From Candidatus Thorarchaeota archaeon SMTZ1-45 (GTDB lineage: Archaea; Asgardarchaeota; Thorarchaeia; Thorarchaeales; Thorarchaeaceae), in NCBI GenBank assembly GCA_001563335.1, contig LRSL01000042.1, forward strand, positions 1 to 21,298: DNA of 21,298 nt, given 5' to 3'. The notes under the pieces were generated by a model. That model made no database searches. It was not told where the DNA came from and worked only from the letters and a program-made list of their open reading frames with translations. The translations under genes and the position numbers were made by a program. Numbering within the stretch: position 1 is the stretch's first letter; every line of letters starts with the position of its first letter. Below, piece after piece: positions 1 through 7,012 of this stretch.

Positions 1-765
1 GTGAAGCAGTATTATGCTTCAAAAATGGGAAGAACCTACAAGACCACAGACCCGAGAAAGACGAGTTGGGAAAAATCTGGAACCTCAATGATAGGGTGGA
101 TGTCGCGATTCGGTTCAAGCCTTGACATGCCCTTCAAGTCCATCTCACTGTTTGTGGGAAGTTGGATGCTCTTGGAGATTGGATGGCCAATTTTGACCAT
201 ACTTGGGATTGTGACAGCTGGATCTGTCTGGAGTGTTCCCTCTTCAATCGCATCAATGTTCATCGTTGTCTATGGGCTAGTATTGATCAGTGGGGTCAAT
301 GTGGTCAGGAGTCTTATAGTACAACTTACTGGACAAAGGGACAATCTTGTGAAAGCATTGTTCAGAGGTTATTTCTGGAGTCTGTTGGTTGTTGGACTGA
401 TTCTGACCATTCACCAGTATTTCCATAGTCATCTACCTTTTCTCTACCTGATTCCCATCATCTACCTTCTTCCAATAGAGATCCTCGGTAACACAGTTCC
501 AATACCAATTCCTCTAGGGATCACAGGGATGTACATGGACATCATCGTGATGGTGCTCATCTACGTCGTGGGGATAACAGGGAGTTGTATAGGTGGACTG
601 GAGATATTGAAACACTTCATCGATAGCTCCCGTCAAAGAGGGAGTTATCATGCTATTCTCTCCGTGCTGATACTAGCAGTCTTTCCGGCGATGAATATTC
701 ACTTCTCAGTTGTCTTCTTGAACTCCATTCTTGACCTGTACAGGGGGTTGATTCTCGGTGCTTGA
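1..765 (+). CDS. Multi-pass membrane protein of unknown function, probably 5'-truncated by the window edge
   Basis: Open frame from base 1 to TGA 763-765 with about 6 long hydrophobic segments. The stop overlaps the GTG start of the downstream ATPase (758), suggesting translational coupling. Confidence 0.75.
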   Translation: MKQYYASKMGRTYKTTDPRKTSWEKSGTSMIGWMSRFGSSLDMPFKSISLFVGSWMLLEIGWPILTILGIVTAGSVWSVPSSIASMFIVVYGLVLISGVNVVRSLIVQLTGQRDNLVKALFRGYFWSLLVVGLILTIHQYFHSHLPFLYLIPIIYLLPIEILGNTVPIPIPLGITGMYMDIIVMVLIYVVGITGSCIGGLEILKHFIDSSRQRGSYHAILSVLILAVFPAMNIHFSVVFLNSILDLYRGLILGA

Positions 766-3481
766 TCCATTGGCTTTTCTCAATATGGCAGTCCCATTTC
801 TCGTCCTGTTTGGCGTCAGTATAATGACAATAACCCTAGTTCACCTTGGTCTGTCAATCAGTGGAAGCCGGTTTCAGACTGAGATAAGCACAATCCTTGG
901 ACTTGCAGTGTTCATTGGTATGCAGTTTCTTCTTGGAATCTATGAAACATCGTGGACTCTTCTCATGGTATTCCTTGTGACTCCATTGATGGTATATGAG
1001 GCTGTACGTCCACTCACTGAGAATGACAGGGTTTCTTTTCTCTTGGATACTTTCGCTGAGTGTGATGATGTTCTTTGTTTCTCTCATGGTGGTAGGTATG
1101 TGGCTTTAGGAGCTATGAAAATCATTGGTCTACCAAGAGAGAAACTGCCACCAGCTACCAAGGATGATGTGGATGATGAACTGAAGATTCTGCATCCACT
1201 CTGGGAAAACAGCAAGCAGTCTGGAGCGACCTTCACAATCGAAGCGAGGGTGGTAGATGGTCTTGTAGAGTTAGTCGTCTTTGTGCTCTTGAGGGGAAAG
1301 GACTGGAAGTCAACCATAGAGAGAGTGAAGCAAAGCAGAGAGTATATTGAAACTTGGTTGAACCAGATGGACTACTCCTATGAGATACTTGGCGGAGCGA
1401 GTCTTGAAGAAACCTACAAGGCTCTGAACATTGATTCAGTTGGAGTACTGAGAGCAGAGGGTATCCCAAAGAGGCTCTCAGGCAGTCTTGGCTTACTGGT
1501 TCAGCGTCTCGTTGAACAGAGAGTTGATGCGAGTGTCCAACTCTCATTCTCATCAGGCGTCATTCCTCGTCTTAGTAAGGACTCGGGGATTCAGCATGGA
1601 AACCCAGAGAGACCGCCTAGGATTCCACATCGCGTGGAAGACCACAATCTCCGTTCCATGTACAAACAGATGGTTGAGATAGAGGCATGTGAAGAAACTG
1701 GCGTCTTTCGTTGTGGTATGAACATCCTCGTGCATGGAGAGAGTACTTTGCAGCAAGTAGAGTCGATAATCAAATCGGTCTGGAGTGATGTGAAGATCAA
1801 AGCATCACCTATTGGGAAGGTTTCACGGAGCTGGAATAGGTATCTCTTGAGAAATCAGATTCAAGGCACTGTATCCATGAGCGGGGCTCGACTCTATGCC
1901 CTCATTGATCTGTCTGAACCCCTTCCAGGTGTTCCTCGACGTTTCACACCTCCAGAGTTTCTGCTGCCAATGCGTGATTCTGAAACATCAGACATGGTCC
2001 CTGTTGGATCAGTCATGCTCAAGAGAAAGAAACTGGACCAAGTATATGGAATTCCAAAACATCATTTCTGTCATCATTTAGGACTCTATGGCGGCACGGG
2101 TTCCGGGAAGACGAACACAGCCAAGCATCTTCTCGATGAGCTGAATCAGTTGAATGTCCCCTTCCTCGTATTTGACCCATCTACAACGGAGTTTCGTGAG
2201 TTATGTGAACGGGTAGATAATCTTCGGGTCTTTACAGCTGGTGATGAAGACACTGCACCATTTCGATTCAATCCGTTTCATGTTCTTTCGGGAGTCCCAG
2301 TTCACAAACATATTGAGAATTTAGCGACCTGTTTCATTGCGTATTGGCCAACAGAAGGCATCCTTGTGGAGCATATCACGAAAGTGTTCAAACGCATGTA
2401 CGCCTTGGCTGGATGGGACGAACTCTCTAATACTCGCGGTCGTACAGTCATGCTCTCTGACTTGACCGAAGCAAAGGAGATGGTAATCAGTGAACTGGAA
2501 TATGGTTCACGACTGAACCAAGACTTGATTGGAGCCTTCAAGGCTCGATTTGAATCCGTATTAGATGACCCAATTCTGGCTGTGATGCTGAACACTGAGA
2601 GAGGAATCACAATACCTGAACTGTTAGAGAATCCCACTGTTCTCGAAATGAGAAACCTCTCAGATTCTAAGGTAGGTCTTGTCACAAGCCTATTGCTTGT
2701 TCAAATTGCAGAGTACTTGGAAGCTCAAGGTCGGTTGCAAGACCAAGAACTGAAACATGTCTTGGTCCTCGAAGAGGCTCATCATGTCTTGAAACAGACC
2801 AACACTAACGGAGGTCTTTTTGATAGTCATGCCATTCAACAGCAGGCTGTCAACACGATAGTTCAACTGCTAAGAGAGGCTCGTGGGTATGGTCTTGGAA
2901 CAATATTTCTTGACCAAAGTCCCGGTGATTTAGCAATCACTGCTGTGAAAGTTCCTGGAATCACAATCACTCACTTCTTGAAAGACTCAAGAGAACGAAT
3001 TCTGGTAGGGTCGCAGGCTAATCTATCTGAGAGTCAAACCCGATATATTGGTGAATTGAAGAAGGGCGAAGCGATAGTTCACAGCGGTTTCAATGAGCAG
3101 GCAGTGAATATTCAAATCTCTCATTTTAGGGACAAGTATGTGGGAACAGGCGAGCCTTGGACAAACGAGAGAATTGCAGAATGGATGCAGGCATACTATG
3201 CATCCAGACCTTATATGAAAAGACAGCAGTTACCAATGATTGGGTCTTGGAAACCAGACCCAATAGTGCTTCGGAATCTTGAGTATGTTACAGAGTCAGA
3301 AGATTTCGTGGATAAAATCGAAGAATATCTTGACCCAAGAAGTGGATTTGCTGAGGTACTCGTTGAACGGCTTCTTCGAAAGCATCATGCTTCAACTAAT
3401 CCTACGGAGGTTCAACGCTACGTTTCCCTGTTCATCAACTATCTGACAGACCCTGAGAGGTGTTATGATGAAAGAGGGTAG
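758..3481 (+). CDS. Membrane-anchored HerA/VirB4-like (DUF87, FtsK-HerA superfamily) ATPase
   Basis: 907 aa with about 3 N-terminal TM helices. Walker A GGTGSGKT at 2090-2113, VFDP and RFNPF motifs, Walker B VLVLEEAH (EE at 2771-2776), LLREARGYG arginine-finger region and DQSP sensor motif. Confidence 0.88.
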   Translation: MLDPLAFLNMAVPFLVLFGVSIMTITLVHLGLSISGSRFQTEISTILGLAVFIGMQFLLGIYETSWTLLMVFLVTPLMVYEAVRPLTENDRVSFLLDTFAECDDVLCFSHGGRYVALGAMKIIGLPREKLPPATKDDVDDELKILHPLWENSKQSGATFTIEARVVDGLVELVVFVLLRGKDWKSTIERVKQSREYIETWLNQMDYSYEILGGASLEETYKALNIDSVGVLRAEGIPKRLSGSLGLLVQRLVEQRVDASVQLSFSSGVIPRLSKDSGIQHGNPERPPRIPHRVEDHNLRSMYKQMVEIEACEETGVFRCGMNILVHGESTLQQVESIIKSVWSDVKIKASPIGKVSRSWNRYLLRNQIQGTVSMSGARLYALIDLSEPLPGVPRRFTPPEFLLPMRDSETSDMVPVGSVMLKRKKLDQVYGIPKHHFCHHLGLYGGTGSGKTNTAKHLLDELNQLNVPFLVFDPSTTEFRELCERVDNLRVFTAGDEDTAPFRFNPFHVLSGVPVHKHIENLATCFIAYWPTEGILVEHITKVFKRMYALAGWDELSNTRGRTVMLSDLTEAKEMVISELEYGSRLNQDLIGAFKARFESVLDDPILAVMLNTERGITIPELLENPTVLEMRNLSDSKVGLVTSLLLVQIAEYLEAQGRLQDQELKHVLVLEEAHHVLKQTNTNGGLFDSHAIQQQAVNTIVQLLREARGYGLGTIFLDQSPGDLAITAVKVPGITITHFLKDSRERILVGSQANLSESQTRYIGELKKGEAIVHSGFNEQAVNIQISHFRDKYVGTGEPWTNERIAEWMQAYYASRPYMKRQQLPMIGSWKPDPIVLRNLEYVTESEDFVDKIEEYLDPRSGFAEVLVERLLRKHHASTNPTEVQRYVSLFINYLTDPERCYDERG

Positions 3482-5831
3482 GGATTTTGATGAAATTGAA
3501 GACGGTGACGGAAAGAAACTCTATACTCTAAAAGAACTCTTGTCTGAGGTTGAAATTGAGGAAGGTGATAACAGCGGGAGATCTATCACTGAGGATGACC
3601 GTGATAATCTTCTCAGAGAGATTCATGACGAATTACTCACTGAGAGTGAGAGAGATGAGTTAGTCAGGGACATCTCGAGGGTTTCAAAGGAGTTACATGA
3701 TACTGAGAATATTCCTAGAAGACCCACTTTCCAGGACCTAGACAAAAATGAAGTATATCGCCTATACTACGGAGAAAAGTTCTCTCAAGGAAAAGTGGCT
3801 GAAGTCTTAGGTTGTTCAAGACATGTGATACAGCAGGTTTTCTTAAATCAGGGATGGAAAACCCGATCAGTGGGTGGTGTTGAGAAAGACATCGACCCCC
3901 ACGAAGTCTATCGCATTTGCGTTGAAGAGGGGCGTCCCAAGAAAGAAGCCGCTGAGGCTCTTGGATGCAAGTCCACAAGACCTATCAATCGAGTCCTGAA
4001 GGAGAATGATTGGCAAACCCCACTCGAGCAAAAGATGGAAACTGAGATCGACCCTGATGAGGTTCACAGGTTGCATTTTGAGGAGGGTTGGTCTCTCAAA
4101 AGGATAGCCAATCATTATGGGTATGTATCAAAAGATGTCATTCAAAAAATGTTCAGAGAGAGGGAGTGGATCCCCATCGGCTTGGCTAGACGAATTGAGA
4201 GGTTATACGAATTTCCTTCAGAAATTGAAGAAGAACACCGAATTGAGTCATCAAGAATTAGGAATTCCTTTGACCATCTTAGAGAGAAAGAGAGCATTTC
4301 GCCTATGGACATGGCTCGTTGTATTGAAGATATCATATCTTCATCAGCTATTGAATCAAGAGTCAAATGGTTGAAGATGCAAACCGAACAGGACACAAAG
4401 ATCACTGATGTACTTGAGAACAGACGATTAGAAGTCGAGTCTTCGTTGAATGAGCTTCTCGATATCTCCAAGGACTCCAATAAGAAAGTACGTGTTGGGT
4501 TTATTGATGGAAAACTCTACATCAGGGAGCAAGATATCTCAGAGCACAACTGGTTGAACATTTATGACAACGAATTGTTCTACTTCAAATCTACGATTGA
4601 TAAATTCAAACTTGTACATGAAATGAGGGCTCGGCTAGGTTTGAGTAAGAACACAGATTTAGGCAAACTCATAGATCAGTTAACTGACCGAGAAGATGCA
4701 GATGGTTCTGGGTACAGTGACATAAAGGAAACTACGGATGAACATCTTCGTGCTGAGACTTTACAACTCATTCTTGACACCACAGGACAGATACTATCTG
4801 ATAATCAGGATATGATCGAGTGTATTGGCAAAATACGAGGTGGAAAATACGAGGGTCAGGGGGGTATCAGGAACCCAAGATTCCCAACCGATCCCGAAGT
4901 CATTGACATGATGTTTGCTAGGTTCTTTGGTCTTGGTCTATCAGACGGTCATCTGTGCGCAACGCATTCGAATTTCATCTACGCAGAGAATGATCGAAAC
5001 CGCCGTGCTATCGTGATACAGCATTCCAAGGACTTCGGTGATGTTTACTACAATGAAAAAGAGGTTGATGGAGAAGTCCGTCAGATTCAGTTCGCGTCTG
5101 CATTTGGAAGAGCTCTCAAGAAGCGGGGCTTTCCGGTTGGTGACAAGTGTTTTCTGAACATTGGTCTTCCAGACTTCATCAAGAATGGATCTTTGCAGAC
5201 TGTTTGTGTCTATTTCAGTAACATGTGGCCTGAAGATGGGTGTTTTGTCGTTACAGGCTCAGATAACCGTGGAGAATTCAAATGGGGTCGCTCGGTTGTT
5301 GTCAGAAACCCTTCAAAAGAGCTGGAATATGGACATGATAAGGAAGTGACTGATGCTCATTTAGCATTCCTTAAGGAATACGGAACATACATCAAAGAAG
5401 ACATTGACAACGATTTCAAAGAAAGGATTGAATTGGCTTCTACGACGCTCGAAAAACTTGCCAGGTCCGATAATCCCAGAATCTCATCAGTTGCGAATGA
5501 AATCAAAGATATTGTGTATGATAATCAGCCCAAGCTCCTACTAGATGAGATTGAAGTTCTACGCAGAATTGGAATACACGCAACGTCAAGATTCATAGAG
5601 ATTGACTACTCTATTGAAACATCAAGAGTATCAATAGCGTGGAGTGGAAGAATCCAGAGAAAGACCGATGTCATGAGGGCCTCTTTACAAATGTCGCCTG
5701 ATGATATTCGTAAGAGTGCCAAGGTTAGAGAGTGGATGAAACTAAATCCAGAGCTCATTAGACAAACTGAGAAAGAGATTAACCAAGGCAGAAATGGCAG
5801 TAGCACGCATAAGGGAACCACTGCCCGATAA
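3465..5831 (+). CDS. Protein with tandem HTH-like repeats and a C-terminal LAGLIDADG (intein/DOD-type) endonuclease-like domain
   Basis: 788 aa with an acidic N-terminus and three ~52-aa HTH-like repeats. LAGLIDADG-like motif 1 FFGLGLSDGHL (~4923-4955); motif 2 LPDFIKNGSLQTVCVYFSNMWPEDGCF (~5166-5246). Start overlaps the 3' end of the ATPase gene by 17 nt. Confidence 0.7.
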   Translation: MMKEGRDFDEIEDGDGKKLYTLKELLSEVEIEEGDNSGRSITEDDRDNLLREIHDELLTESERDELVRDISRVSKELHDTENIPRRPTFQDLDKNEVYRLYYGEKFSQGKVAEVLGCSRHVIQQVFLNQGWKTRSVGGVEKDIDPHEVYRICVEEGRPKKEAAEALGCKSTRPINRVLKENDWQTPLEQKMETEIDPDEVHRLHFEEGWSLKRIANHYGYVSKDVIQKMFREREWIPIGLARRIERLYEFPSEIEEEHRIESSRIRNSFDHLREKESISPMDMARCIEDIISSSAIESRVKWLKMQTEQDTKITDVLENRRLEVESSLNELLDISKDSNKKVRVGFIDGKLYIREQDISEHNWLNIYDNELFYFKSTIDKFKLVHEMRARLGLSKNTDLGKLIDQLTDREDADGSGYSDIKETTDEHLRAETLQLILDTTGQILSDNQDMIECIGKIRGGKYEGQGGIRNPRFPTDPEVIDMMFARFFGLGLSDGHLCATHSNFIYAENDRNRRAIVIQHSKDFGDVYYNEKEVDGEVRQIQFASAFGRALKKRGFPVGDKCFLNIGLPDFIKNGSLQTVCVYFSNMWPEDGCFVVTGSDNRGEFKWGRSVVVRNPSKELEYGHDKEVTDAHLAFLKEYGTYIKEDIDNDFKERIELASTTLEKLARSDNPRISSVANEIKDIVYDNQPKLLLDEIEVLRRIGIHATSRFIEIDYSIETSRVSIAWSGRIQRKTDVMRASLQMSPDDIRKSAKVREWMKLNPELIRQTEKEINQGRNGSSTHKGTTAR
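3735..4169 (+). repeat. Three tandem ~52-codon protein-level repeats (HTH-like)
   Basis: Units start at 3735 (DLDKNEVYRLYYGEKFSQGKVAEVLGCSRHVIQQVFLNQGW), 3888 (DIDPHEVYRICVEEGRPKKEAAEALGCKSTRPINRVLKENDW) and 4044 (EIDPDEVHRLHFEEGWSLKRIANHYGYVSKDVIQKMFREREW). Shared pattern: D-x-x-EV-x-R...A-x-x-x-G...I...W. Confidence 0.85.
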
Positions 5832-5962
5832 TAAGATTCAAAAGGAAATCGAAAGTTGCTCCCATTTGTAGTAAGAATAGGTTTGACAAGACCAGACCTG
5901 CAAAACTACTTGGTGAAACAGATGACATACCGAAGAATGATTTGTTTTCATACTAGTATAAC

Positions 5963-6700
5963 GTGGAGGGGGACACGTTAGGGAAAAGAGTCCTCGTCCA
6001 AAGGAAAGGACGTGGTACTACTCAGTGGAGGTCTCCAAAACACAAGAAGATAGCACCTGCTAGACATCCCAAGTGGGCTCCAAATAAGACCTACATTGGT
6101 ATTATTGTGAACCTTCATCACGAATCTGGTAGAGGCGCACCCCTTGCAGAGGTAAGGTTTGAGGGTGAGTCCAAGGTCCACTTTATGGTAGCACCAGAAG
6201 GAGCGCAGGTTGGTCAAATAATCGAGTGTGGTGATGAAGCAACTCTGGCAAACGGCAACACCCTGATACTTGAGCACATACCTGAAGGAACACCAGTCTA
6301 CAATATAGAAGGGAGTCCTGGGGATGGCGGTAAGTATGTAAAGGCCTCAGGTCTTGCTGCCACAATAGTTTCAATTGACAAGGCTAAAGCCATGGTTAGA
6401 CTCCCTAGTGGTAGACAAAAAGCCTTCAGCCCAAGATGCCGTGCAACTATAGGCATCGTAGCTGGTGGTGGTCGTCAAGAGAAACCATTCCTGAAGGCTG
6501 GTGCAAAATGGCATCATACTCGTGGAAAGGCTCGAAAGTGGCCTGTTGTGCGAGGTGCAGCAATGAACGCAGCATCACACCCACATGGTGGTGGTTCTCA
6601 TCAGTCACCTGGTAGGCCCTCTACCGTCAGTAGACATGCACCACCCGGTCGTAAGGTTGGTAACATAGCGGCTAGGAGAACCGGACGCAAGACCAAGTAG
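5963..6700 (+). CDS. rpl2: 50S ribosomal protein uL2 (L2), archaeal type; start uncertain (GTG 5963 or TTA 5978)
   Basis: Characteristic uL2 motifs GKRVLVQRKGRG, HESGRGAPLA, RLPSG, WPVVRGAAMNAASHPHGGG and APPGRKVGNIAARRTG. Confidence 0.97.
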   Translation: MEGDTLGKRVLVQRKGRGTTQWRSPKHKKIAPARHPKWAPNKTYIGIIVNLHHESGRGAPLAEVRFEGESKVHFMVAPEGAQVGQIIECGDEATLANGNTLILEHIPEGTPVYNIEGSPGDGGKYVKASGLAATIVSIDKAKAMVRLPSGRQKAFSPRCRATIGIVAGGGRQEKPFLKAGAKWHHTRGKARKWPVVRGAAMNAASHPHGGGSHQSPGRPSTVSRHAPPGRKVGNIAARRTGRKTK

Positions 6701-6709
6701 TTAGTTTAC

Positions 6710-6747
6710 GAGATGAGAGGCCACCTCTCTCTCTTTCCTCTATTTTT
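6710..6747 (+). terminator. Putative terminator after rpl2
   Basis: GAGATGAGAGG-CCA-CCTCTCTCTC hairpin followed by a pyrimidine tract ending in TTTTT, about 10 nt after the rpl2 stop. Confidence 0.5.
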
Positions 6748-6826
6748 CTAGCATAAATCAGGAACTTATCCGAGTATTACAAGGAACCATATCTCACTAA
6801 TTCCTCAGCATTTCAGAGGACTAGAC

Positions 6827-7012
6827 ATGCGTCTCATAGCAGTGCACTTACCAGAGAAGATTGTTGAGGACATTCAACGCCTTGTAGACAAAGGTCTCTA
6901 TCCTAACAGATCGGAAGCCATTCGAAACGCCATCCGTGACCTACTAAAACGAGAGTTATGGGAAGGCACCCTAAACATGACTGGAAAGTTGAGTGAGGTA
7001 GTCGGACAATGA
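6827..7012 (+). CDS. cdrS: Ribbon-helix-helix (CopG family) transcription regulator, CdrS-like
   Basis: MRLIAVHLPEKIVEDIQRLVDKGLYPNRSEAIRNAIRDLL fits the RHH pattern, including the YPNRSEAIR signature. ATGA overlap with ftsZ matches the conserved archaeal cdrS-ftsZ2 arrangement. SD-like GAGGA upstream. Confidence 0.85.
   Translation: MRLIAVHLPEKIVEDIQRLVDKGLYPNRSEAIRNAIRDLLKRELWEGTLNMTGKLSEVVGQ

Noticed and set aside
3465-5831. Intein or intron-encoded interpretation of the LAGLIDADG domain
   Set aside because: No Hint splicing motifs or interrupted host gene are visible.
5914-5950. Kink-turn or C/D-box motif in the rpl2 leader (GATGA ... TGA)
   Set aside because: The canonical stem does not pair in k-turn register and there is no CTGA box D.
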